Below, one piece after another: positions 7,204 to 17,200 of a stretch of 34,940 nt of DNA. The number at the start of each line of letters is the position of its first letter. Position 1 is the first letter of the stretch. The stretch spans positions 1 through 34,940 of IMG/VR virus record IMGVR_UViG_3300030451_004344; one strand, written 5' to 3'. Origin of the DNA: a virus (Duplodnaviria; Caudoviricetes). The translations under genes and the position numbers were made by a program. The notes below the pieces were generated by a model, which worked only from the letters and a program-made list of their open reading frames with translations, did no database searches and had not been told where the DNA came from.

Positions 7204-7856
7204 TATGCTACCCCGTTAGATGGTTCCGATAGAATTGCTCTCTTATAGCCAAGTAAAGTGTTTAGATGCTGAATGTTTTTAGCTGTAGGGGTTTTTAGTC
7301 TTTGGTAGTATTTTATATGAGTTTCAATTTGACCCAAATTATCACAATAAACCTCTTCATATGTCTTACCCTCACCAGCACCACACGGGATGATCAATTG
7401 ATCATTATAAAGAACGTGCCCCTCAGTAGAAAGGGAATCTACCGAGGGTGCACTTGCCTCTTTAGAGATCGGAGAATCGCTTACGGAAGGCAAATCTTCT
7501 CCATCATAAATATAGTGTCCCAAACCAAACATAGCTATACACTTAACCAAACACCTCATCTTTGCTTTATTAATATCAGCAGAAGTAGGATTGGCTATAG
7601 CTTTGTTTCTAAAATCCATAACCGGGAGCCACATTGAACGGCCACAATCACCAATCTGGATTGAGCAGTTAACTGTTACGGTCCCATTCTCTTCATAGTT
7701 GTTGTCATAAAACGTATACGTAGCATTAGGGTACTTCTCCATTAGTATTCCCCAAGCACTTGCCCAAGATAAATAACTTAAACCATTCTTTTCTTTTTTA
7801 AGATTATTACAATCTACCGAGGACAAGGTAGACCAGATTTCACTATAATTATTCAT
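7203..7856 (-). CDS. Sak/DUF1071 single-strand annealing protein (Rad52-like)
   Basis: LSYLSWASAW, MWLPVMDFRNKAI, DINKAKMRCLVKCIAMFGLGHYIYDGEDLP. Confidence 0.9.
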   Translation of the reverse strand: MNNYSEIWSTLSSVDCNNLKKEKNGLSYLSWASAWGILMEKYPNATYTFYDNNYEENGTVTVNCSIQIGDCGRSMWLPVMDFRNKAIANPTSADINKAKMRCLVKCIAMFGLGHYIYDGEDLPSVSDSPISKEASAPSVDSLSTEGHVLYNDQLIIPCGAGEGKTYEEVYCDNLGQIETHIKYYQRLKTPTAKNIQHLNTLLGYKRAILSEPSNGVA

Positions 7857-7994
7857 ATATTCTCCTTAATGTATTTATTAAACGTAATAATTAGTAATGA
7901 AAAGTAAGTATAAGTTAGTTTACGTTACAATACTTTATTTTACTTTTTTTACTTTTTTTGTTGCATACGTAATAATAAGTAAGTAATTTTTAGT
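7857..7994. promoter_or_regulatory. Divergent lysis/lysogeny control region with a sigma70-like promoter and operator-like repeats
   Basis: AT-rich; TTGCAT(7961-7966)-17 bp-TAATTT(7984-7989); 15/16 direct repeat ACGTAATAATWAGTAA at 7882-7897 and 7967-7982. Confidence 0.65.
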
Positions 7995-8846
7995 ATGAAA
8001 TCGGAGAATCATTCAATAAATTTACCTATTGGAGAATTATCTAACCTTACAAACAAAGGGAATATGGGTAAATTATATATAGCAAATTCAGTTAGAGAGT
8101 CTTTACTCTCTAGCACAAAGTCGTTAGTTGAACTTTCCGAAGAAATTAACGTATCAGAAAATACAATCAGAAGATGGGCAAACGGCACCTTTCTCACAAT
8201 AAGAAGAAACAACCTTAATGCATTAGCCATAGCTTTAAACAAAAAAATTGTGTTTAATAATGATACAGTAGAACTTGAAGACATTACTATTCCGACAGAG
8301 ATAGAAACTGATCAGAACCTACAAGGAGACACAATGATATTAAATGCTGAGGAGATAATAAAAGACTTACGTGACGATAAACGTGACCTTCGTGACACAA
8401 TAACAAATTTAAAAGAAGAAAATAAAGCTCTAATCACTACAATGCAATCTATGGAAAAAACAATTGCAAACTTCAAAGAGGAGCTTGAGTCTTGTACAGC
8501 ACAAATGCCACTTTTAGAGCTTGACAAATATCAAAATGTAGTCGATATAAAGGCTGGAGTGTTTATTAATGTTAGTCCATTATATGCAAAAAAATTAGGA
8601 TACACTGTATTTGAGTTAGTTGGTGCTAGTTGGGAAATTGTTACACCTCCAGAAGATAGGCCAATGTGGCAAACAGACATTGAAAGACAATTAGCAGAAG
8701 AAAATAAACCGTGTGTTGTTCCTACTGAATTACAAAATCACAGTGTAAGACTTCTTCATAGGGATGGCCATATTGTCAATGCTGAATGTCAGACCAAAAA
8801 AATATCTAGCGTGATATCAATGAATGAATGTTACTTTAGTGATTAA
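7995..8846 (+). CDS. Putative repressor: XRE-like HTH + coiled coil + C-terminal PAS domain
   Basis: SLVELSEEINVSENTIRRWANG HTH; heptad stretch at residues ~118-168; PAS-like FINVSPLYAKKLGYTVFELVGASWEIVTPPEDR...VRLLHRDGHIV; divergent from the lytic operon and upstream of attP/int. Confidence 0.8.
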   Translation: MKSENHSINLPIGELSNLTNKGNMGKLYIANSVRESLLSSTKSLVELSEEINVSENTIRRWANGTFLTIRRNNLNALAIALNKKIVFNNDTVELEDITIPTEIETDQNLQGDTMILNAEEIIKDLRDDKRDLRDTITNLKEENKALITTMQSMEKTIANFKEELESCTAQMPLLELDKYQNVVDIKAGVFINVSPLYAKKLGYTVFELVGASWEIVTPPEDRPMWQTDIERQLAEENKPCVVPTELQNHSVRLLHRDGHIVNAECQTKKISSVISMNECYFSD

Positions 8847-9043
8847 TGGGTGATAAAGGGACACGTAAAACCGAGATTTAGAAAATAAATTATAGAAGAG
8901 AAACGAAGGTTTTATAGGATTAACAGTCCACTGCTCTAACCAACTGAGCTATACCGGAATAAAAATTTTCTCTTCTTAAAATCGTAAATCACAACTCAAT
9001 TAGTGAGGGGTATTTTACCCCTTAGTGATAGATAGGTGATAAA
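8836..9043. other. attP region with candidate arm-type integrase sites
   Basis: 19/22 direct repeat TTAGTGATnnATRGGTGATAAA at 8836-8857 and 9022-9043 flanking the tRNA fragment. Confidence 0.7.
8917..8958 (-). tRNA. 5' half of tRNA-Asn(GTT); attP identity segment, not a complete tRNA
   Basis: TCCGGTA-TA-GCTC-AGTTGGTTA-GAGC-A-GTGGA-CTGTTAA-TCC; no T-arm or 3' acceptor strand follows. Confidence 0.9.
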
Positions 9044-9055
9044 AAGGAGAATCGT

Positions 9056-9994
9056 ATGTATAAAAAAAATGGTAAATACTACTCTAGCTTTATGTGCAAT
9101 AACTGTTGCAACAAGCAAATAAGAGTTCCACTTTTAAAAGACAAGAAGTTGTCAAAAAACCTTGAAGAAAAATTAAAGTTCGAACACCTATCGGGTCAAT
9201 ATAAAAAACAAATTTATTTGCAAGATGCCCTAAAAACTTATAAAAACTCTAAAAATGACATCACTGATAAGCAAAAAAACATACGTGTTTTTAATGTAGT
9301 AAAGCTATTTGAGTTCGCTAAAGCTAAAAAAATCAAAGATATAACACCAGCTCATTGTGTAGATTATATATTTAGTTTGGGTGATTTAGCAGTATCTACT
9401 GTTAACCGTAAGAAACAATATATCAAGAGCTTTTTTGATTTCTGCATACAGATGGATTGGTTGGATAAGAATCCAGCTCTACGATTAAGACCAGAGCGTG
9501 ATAAGACGGCTAAAAAGAGACGATACTTTAATGATCAAGAAATTAATCAAGTTATGGAATACGCTGGTGACTATAAAGAGTTCTGGACTTTTTTACTTGA
9601 AACCGGTATACGTTGCACTGATGTCTGGTTATTATCAACGGCCAACTTTAATGGTAATATATGTAGGTGGTTTGAGAATAAAACCAAACGATGGATATCT
9701 ATACCTATAAATGAAACTGCAATGGATATTGTAAAAACAAAGAAGGGATTATTGTTTCCACAGTTTGGGACCAATTTTTCTAAACGTAAAGCAGTACAAC
9801 ATTTAAAAAGCATTGTCCCGGATGCTAATCATCATACATTTCGCCACACCTATGCCCAAAGAGCTGGTAACAAGGGGGTACCAAAAGAAATTTTACAAAG
9901 GCTCCTTGGGCACAGTAGTGTAACTACAACGGAAATCTATTTTAACGAATTTAATAATAACGAGACTTTACAAGATTGGGTTAACGAACTATAA
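9056..9994 (+). CDS. int: Tyrosine integrase
   Basis: ETGIR, HTFRH, LLGH and TTEIY catalytic motifs; SAM-like core-binding domain ending NPA; AAAGGAG RBS. Confidence 0.96.
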   Translation: MYKKNGKYYSSFMCNNCCNKQIRVPLLKDKKLSKNLEEKLKFEHLSGQYKKQIYLQDALKTYKNSKNDITDKQKNIRVFNVVKLFEFAKAKKIKDITPAHCVDYIFSLGDLAVSTVNRKKQYIKSFFDFCIQMDWLDKNPALRLRPERDKTAKKRRYFNDQEINQVMEYAGDYKEFWTFLLETGIRCTDVWLLSTANFNGNICRWFENKTKRWISIPINETAMDIVKTKKGLLFPQFGTNFSKRKAVQHLKSIVPDANHHTFRHTYAQRAGNKGVPKEILQRLLGHSSVTTTEIYFNEFNNNETLQDWVNEL

Positions 9995-10168
9995 TTATTT
10001 AAGGATTTCTTTCTTAACAACTTCTTCTACCGTGTCATAGATAGCAGAGATTATCTTCTCTTCTGTCTTTTCTCCAATAATCGGGATATCTACGTTTTCA
10101 TTTAAAGCAGTGACAATTTTATCTTTCATTTCATCATTAAAGATATAATTTGCTATCATTTCTTTCAT
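9995..10168 (-). CDS. 57-aa protein at the end of the lysis cluster (not in ORF track)
   Basis: Manual translation MKEMIANYIFNDEMKDKIVTALNENVDIPIIGEKTEEKIISAIYDTVEEVVKKEILK; ATGA overlap. Confidence 0.75.
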   Translation of the reverse strand: MKEMIANYIFNDEMKDKIVTALNENVDIPIIGEKTEEKIISAIYDTVEEVVKKEILK

Positions 10169-10356
10169 TTACAATTACACTCCATATTTATTAGTTTTAC
10201 TTTTACTTCATCGAGTTCGTCTCGAAGAATCTTGACTTGCTTATCTAAATTATTATCTTTAAACACGTAGTCACTAATACGGTCAATCTTTAATTGATCA
10301 ACAAGAATGCTCATTACTTTAGTGACTATCATCTTTATTACAAATGGTGGTATCAT
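10165..10356 (-). CDS. Small coiled-coil protein, lysis cluster
   Basis: ATGA-coupled ORF. Confidence 0.7.
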   Translation of the reverse strand: MIPPFVIKMIVTKVMSILVDQLKIDRISDYVFKDNNLDKQVKILRDELDEVKVKLINMECNCK

Positions 10357-10514
10357 TTTAATCCCTCAAATTTTTTCTTTTCGTTTAGTGCCTTATAAAA
10401 CATATATACTAATGATGCTAATCCAACTGCTACCCTTACTGTCCAAGGTATCCATTCCATCCACGTTACTGAAACCCCACCAACCCCAACAGATAATGTT
10501 TTTAATGTATCCAC
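10353..10514 (-). CDS. 53-aa membrane protein, holin candidate (not in ORF track)
   Basis: From GTG: MDTLKTLSVGVGGVSVTWMEWIPWTVRVAVGLASLVYMFYKALNEKKKFEGLK; hydrophobic with a basic tail. Confidence 0.65.
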   Translation of the reverse strand: MDTLKTLSVGVGGVSVTWMEWIPWTVRVAVGLASLVYMFYKALNEKKKFEGLK

Positions 10515-10774
10515 TAATCTTCCTTTTTAGTTTCTATTTTTGCAAGAATGTCGTTTAATCCTTCTATGTAACCTTTTACTTCTTCTATCTTTAATTGTGC
10601 TAACTTGATCTGTGAAATCAACTGGACTATAATGGCCTCTAAACGACCAAAGTCCTCATTCATTTCTCTGGTGAGTGTTTCTTCAAGAAATTTGGTCCTC
10701 TGGATGATATACCATCCAAAGCCCACCAGCATAGCAATTGGAAGACCATATTGATCTATTATATTTAAATCCAA
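10514..10774 (-). CDS. Single-TM + coiled-coil holin-like protein
   Basis: IDQYGLPIAMLVGFGWYII TM segment; next to the lysin. Confidence 0.65.
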   Translation of the reverse strand: MDLNIIDQYGLPIAMLVGFGWYIIQRTKFLEETLTREMNEDFGRLEAIIVQLISQIKLAQLKIEEVKGYIEGLNDILAKIETKKED

Positions 10775-11223
10775 AGTTTATTAGCCTCTAGGTAGTGTTT
10801 AGGAGTTCCTTTCCCACCCTCTGTATTGAAAAATTTCTTCCAGTAATTGGCTCTACCCTCTGGAGTCTTTGGAATTGCTCCCGGTTGTCTGTAATAATAA
10901 ATTCTACACATTGCTATTGCTACTGCTATATTAGATGTTACACTAAATACTGGATCGTCTTCTATATAGCCTAATTTATATAACTGTTCTATAAGAGGTT
11001 TACGGTACGAGATGTAGTTCTCCCAGTTATCATTTATTGTGTTGATTTCAATCTGCCAAAAAGACTTCGCTGGGCCATTCCCCATTTGTTCCAGATGCCT
11101 ATAGCCAGTTTCAGCATTCCCAGTTTCAAATACAAGCTCCATAGCCTCTTTACTGTATGGAATACCAGCATCATCTAGTCTTTCTAACACCTCTACTATG
11201 AGTCCTCTGATTGTTTCCTTCAT
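10765..11223 (-). CDS. Putative endolysin (lysozyme/transglycosylase-like fold)
   Basis: TGNAETG..HLEQMGNGPA.SFWQIE...AMCRIYY...YWKKFFNT.GGKG; adjacent to membrane proteins. Confidence 0.75.
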   Translation of the reverse strand: MKETIRGLIVEVLERLDDAGIPYSKEAMELVFETGNAETGYRHLEQMGNGPAKSFWQIEINTINDNWENYISYRKPLIEQLYKLGYIEDDPVFSVTSNIAVAIAMCRIYYYRQPGAIPKTPEGRANYWKKFFNTEGGKGTPKHYLEANKLWI

Positions 11224-14200
11224 TAATTACCCCTTCTAGCTTTTCTCTGTGCTTTGTTGAATTTACCTAGTAACCTTCTGTAGTTTTTAGTATCTATTGT
11301 TTTACTTGCACGTGCCTCATTTAAATATTTTCTAAACAGTTTTCTGTCTAGCTTTTTATCTTCTGCTACATCAAGCATTTTTTTTGCTTTTTCATATGAT
11401 CTGTAGTCACTCTTCCCTTTGACAAACTGTCTTAATACTGGAATTTTACTAATATCTGGAAGGGTGCCTCTGCCAGTTTCTATTGCTGTAGTTACATTGT
11501 TTGCTACAAACTTTCCAGCACCACCGGTATATGATTCTATGATGTGCTCTATAGTCTCTGGACTTACATCTAAACCAGTTAAATCATACAACCCTTTAGT
11601 TCCACGGTCAATGGTTGGAGAAACACTTTTAAACCCTCTCTCGTAATCCTTAATAGTCTTACCATAATAATTTTTATCTTTCATTATTTTACCACCAAAA
11701 AAGTTTTTATTTTCACTCAACTGTATAGCTGGATCAAATATAGTAGGTGCTAAAAACTGGGATAAACTTCCTCCAGAGATAGGTGCAAAGGCATCTACAG
11801 CATTTTTAGCTGTTCTAGTTATTAACTCGCCATATGTAGTGTCTCCAAAAATAGTTTGTTCTACTGCACCACCAACACCAAAAAACCAGTTCCAACCGTA
11901 AGGCAGTTTTATTGAGAAGGCTTTTTTGTTTGGAAGTAAAATCATAAAATAATTGTCTTTATTATTTTCATCGAACTGGTTCCACTCATCTTCATCCCAG
12001 TATCTATTTAATGCAGACATTAAAAATCCAAAAGCAGTTATACTTGATGCAACTTTTTTACCATTCTTGCTTTTTAAAGCTCTCCATATTCTATTTGAAC
12101 CTTGCATACCAGCATTAGAAAATGTCCATAAAGTATTCATTGCTGTACCCCATTCACCTTTACGGTTAAAGTTTACAGTAAGGTCTTTTGCATAGTGTGC
12201 TGACTTCTTTTTACTTATTCCAGAATCCACTAAATTTTTATAAGTTGATAGACGTACAGCGTTTTCTATTATCTCATTATAATTTTCAATAAAATCACGT
12301 ATTTTTTGTACTGTTGAGTTTCCTTCTTGTGCACGTTTTATATCTTTTTCTATGTCAGCCATTTTTTGCTCAATCGTACCAAAATCTAACCAACCAGCTT
12401 TACCACCATTAGCTTTAAACTCTTCATATATTTTAGCCCACTCGTGGCTACCATCTTTACGCAGTAAACTTCTAATGCCACTCATAGCTAGTTTTATATC
12501 TTTAACAATTTTACGTTTGATATTTTTCTTACCTTCAGATGTCATATTAAGAAGTGCCGTCTGTAGGTCACGCTCAAAGTTTGTTATCATAAACTCTGGA
12601 TTTATGGTAGTATTTATAGCACGATAATATGTGTTGAACTTATTTAAAAATCGCATTGCACCATTCTGTGTTGTAGCATTAAGATTTTTCATAGCTCTTA
12701 ATAAATCTTTATCTCTAATCTTAATTACATATTGATCGCCATTAACATAAGTTTGGAACTCATCATCTTTTAGGTTCGTTGGACTATAGCTAACTTCACC
12801 TTCTTCATTATAAACTGGCTTAAACTTTCTTTTAGTTACATTCCATATTGGTGATTCATTATTTTGTACCATTTTTAAGAATGCATTCCCAACCTTATTA
12901 TTTTCAGCTATATAAACTGCACTTTCATAATCTATAACAGCTTGTATAAGTGGGTTCTGTGCTTTTGATTCTCTACCAAATGCAGACATAATACCAGTAG
13001 ATGTAGTGCTAAAACCTTTTCCAGAAGTGTGTACATATCCATCTTCTTCTAAAAGGCCTTTTAGTGGTACATAGTTTTTAAAATTAGATTTTAAATTTTG
13101 GTAAGTCTCTTTATCTATAAGACCGGCATCTAGTCTAACTTTTAGAGCTTTATTAGTTACTTCTCTGTATAATTCAAGAGCATATTTATGGATACCAGTT
13201 CCACGATATTTTTTTAATATCGCATTTGCATCAGCATCAGTCATACCAGAACCAGTTTCTAACTTTGGATTCTTTTCTTGCATTGCAAGGTTACGCTCTA
13301 TAGCGTGACGGGCATATAAATATTCACCTATATCATCAAGACTGTGACCATCTTTTTTAGCTCTGCTTAAAATAGATTCTTTGCCATCATACACCTTCTT
13401 ACGAAATTTTTCTAACTTTGTTGATACTGTGCCGTGTAGAGTTTCTGCAACTTGAATTGCATCCTCATCTTCTTGTAAGTCTGGAACACTTTCTTGTACT
13501 AGCTTTAAGCGATTTAATTTATCAATAAACCTACGCTCAAATCGTTGAGGTATAGTCATATCAGTTAAGGCATCTAGCTGATATGATTCTTGGCTATCAA
13601 TACTTACAACATTGTCATCAAATACTACATAGTTTTCACTATCACCAAACTGACCACGAACACCACCTTGTGCTGGAAAGCGTATACCATCTATACCAGC
13701 CTCAAGTAAAAATTCAGATGCTTTTTTCTTACTACCATTCATAAGTATAGCTATTAAGGTGTAGACTTCACTTCCTCTTTTCTCAAACTCTTGCATAGAG
13801 TCTTTAAACTGATACACATCAACACCTTCAGCTAGGTGTGCTCTATATTCTGATTTTCTTTTTCGGAGGAGCTTATTAATCTTCTCCATTTGTTCTGGAG
13901 TAAGTGAGTCAGTCCAGCTCATATAATCATAGTCTGCTGGTTTTTTACCTTTATGTAAGGTTACTTTGTATAATGATCCGTTCTTCTTGGTACCACCATT
14001 AACTTCATCTTTTTCAATTGGGATATAATTTCTAGCTACGTCCTCTTTAGATGAAAAATATAGACCAAAGCCATATGCTTGGTTGCCTTCACCAGAACCT
14101 ATTCTGGAACTATCGAATTGATCAAATTTATAGGGGGAGCCGTGAAAGGCTGTTATTTGATAGGATTCTCCCTTTTCGGACTTGTTCCGGTCAGTAGTCG

Positions 14201-17200
14201 GTCGCTGTTTTCGCTCTGCTTTTTCATAGCGTTGAATTGCATTCTGCGTTTCTTCACGAACGGATCGTCCTTGCCATATTTGGCTTCCAGATTTTTGAGA
14301 TTTTCTTTGTATATATTCATCTATATTTTCCCTTCCAACTACTTCAGTAATATAAGAATAAAAGTATGAATCCTCTACATCATTTCTTTTATCTAGTTCA
14401 CGGGCTACATCTTCTAGTTCAGCATTCTTTTCTTTGATATAATTATCTAAAAATTTAGGGTCTTTTAATGACTCTCTAAATTCCATATCATATCGTGCTG
14501 TTATCTCTGGAATTATCTGTAATCGAATCCCAGTATAAAGCCCTTTTTTATTTCTTTTCTCACGGGATAATGTGAACCCATCGTGACCACGACCACGAAT
14601 AAAAGAAACAATACCTTCAACTTCAGATTCACTTAAAGGATTTTTAAATTCAACTTCTATACCCGGACGAGCATTTTCACTGACTTCATTTGCTCTTAAT
14701 ACTTTTGAAAAGAAAGTATCAACTTGATTATTTTCTTTAGATATTTTTAATACTTCATTGTAAAATTCTACTGGAACGTAGCCCTTTTCAACTGTTAGTT
14801 CTGTATCAAATGATTTCTCTTGATCTGGAATAACCTCTCCAGAATCATCTAAATATGTGTATAGACCTTTGGAGTCTTCATAGCGAATAGCCCTAATGTT
14901 ATTATCTTTAGAGGCTACAGCTTTTAAGCGTTCTCTGGCTTTTTCAATATTGACTTTTGTTGGTTCTTCAAGTTGTTGAATTGAGTGACCTACTTGTTGT
15001 CTATCATAATCTCGTGGTTTTGTGCCACCACCTTTATATTTAGGAAGATATTCAACTATAAGATTATCTTCAAAACTTCCACCTTCACCAGAGACAGTAG
15101 TCCAGTTATTTTTAGTCCAATTCTCTTTTTCTAAAAACCAATCTACTGCTTGTAGGTCAATAGATTGAGTGTCCTCAAAGCCTTCAACTCCCATTTCTTT
15201 TAATTTTTGTTCTGCATATTTATAAGCATCTCCACCCACACCAAATTGACCAGTTATATATGTTCCATCAGCAGAATATTTTCCTTTTACTCCTTGCTCT
15301 GCTTGTACTGGAATTCTTTTCCCACCAGACCTTCTTTGCCAAGCCCTTGCTGACCAGACATCTATAGTAGCGTGATCAGATTTACCAAGGATATTTAAAG
15401 CAAAGTTTTTTGCTTTAGGAGATGATCCCGGTTCAGTTAAAATCCATCTACTTGCTAGTACATCTAATACTGCTGGAGAATTAGTTCCATATTTAGCTCC
15501 ATTAGATTTTTCTGGGACTGGTCCTTTATATTTAGAAGGAACACCACCATCTTCAATATATTGTACATATTGCTGAACGATGTCATCATAACCACCTTTA
15601 TTAAAAGTCTCTAAGGCTTCAAGAGCATTTTTAAAATTATCCGATACTGGAGTTTGGGGAGAAGTCGCTCCCAATAGTTCTCCAAATATTTGAGTTTGAC
15701 CACCGAATTGTTGATGAATTTTAGCTTTTAAAGCACTATACCAAGTTGCTTGTTCAATAATAGCTTGAGCATTCTTATCACCAGCCTTTGCTCTTTCTGC
15801 TACTTCAATAAAATCATTAACAGCTTTCTTCCCTAAACTGGTAACCATTCGCTTATATACTGGAGATTTTTTATTGGGTGTCTTTCCTTTATATTGCTGA
15901 AAAGTATAGGGGATTGGTTTGTATTCTACTTTAGGATTTTTCCCAGAAGTATCTACCTTATTAACTTCTAATTTTGCCCAGCCATCATTTACGGGATGTT
16001 TTGATTTATAAAGCTGGACTTTAGATAAGACCTCTTTCTTATTAAAATCAGTTCCCTCAACAGCAGTATTTATTTTTTTCTTTTCAAGCGTACTAAATTT
16101 TACATTCTTAGGGTTTATAGTTTTTCGCTCTGATCGCTCTACTTTTAATTCTTTCTTTAATGAAAATGACTCATCTGTACTGGTAGCCCCTTCACCTACT
16201 TTAGCGTACCCAGCATCTTCCCACATCTTTCTTATTTTAGGATCAATTTTACTTCTGCCGATAATGTTGTTTAGAAACTGCTTAACTCTTTGTAATATTT
16301 TTGCAATTGTGGAGTTCTCATAAAGACCCTCATCAAAATAATATTGAGTGCCTTCTTTTTCGAATAGCTCTTGCTTTGTAAGTGTTTCACCCTCTCTTAC
16401 TTTTTCAGCGTAATATTCCTCCCAAATCGACTTTTCTTCTGAACTGAGGTTACGGTATGCATTTCCATAAAACTCTTCTATAACAGTATCTGGACGGGCT
16501 CCTTTGTATAGGTTAATAAGAACTTGTCCATTCTCTTCTAATGTTGAACCTAAAACTTGTGCTTCTTTAGTATCAGCCTCTAACCCTTCACCTACAAAAA
16601 ATTTGTCTGGATTTTCACCTTTAGCTTTTAAAGTCTCACGTGTTATTGTCCTTACTTCACTAATAAATTGTAATGCAGAATTATTTTCAAAAGCCTCTGG
16701 ATTTTGTTTGGCAAACCTTTCAGCCATATCAAGCGTAACATCTTCAAAGTCTCCGGTATCTCTAGCTCTTTCAATCTCTATACCTATCTTTGATACTTTG
16801 AATTTTTCATCAGCCTTTGATTGTGGTATACCGGCTACCTCTGATATTGAACTAGACCCAGCACCGAGCACTACCCCAGCATAAAATTCTTGACCTAACT
16901 GTGACCAATCAAAATCTTTAAATAGCTCCTTTTCTTCTTGTGTAAGTTGTTCTGCTATTTGTTGATTAAGACCTTGAAAAGCCTCTGTTGTACCTTCCGT
17001 TGCTGATGTTAATAAAACACTTGCAATTCTACTTTTTAAGCCCGGAAAACCTTTTAAAATTCTATCAATACCGGTTCTTTCTAATGAGGCATTTAGAGCA
17101 CCAACAATTAAAGGTATACTTCTTCTTAAATGTTCTGGAACACGTTTACCAGTACGCTCTTCATATTGAAGAATTTCAGACTTAGTTTGCCCACCTTCAA

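Noticed and set aside
8530-8846. LOV blue-light sensor
   Set aside because: Lacks the GRNCRFLQ motif; only a generic PAS call is supported.
8880-8960. Complete phage-encoded tRNA-Asn
   Set aside because: No T-arm (GTTCRA) or 3' acceptor strand follows the anticodon arm.
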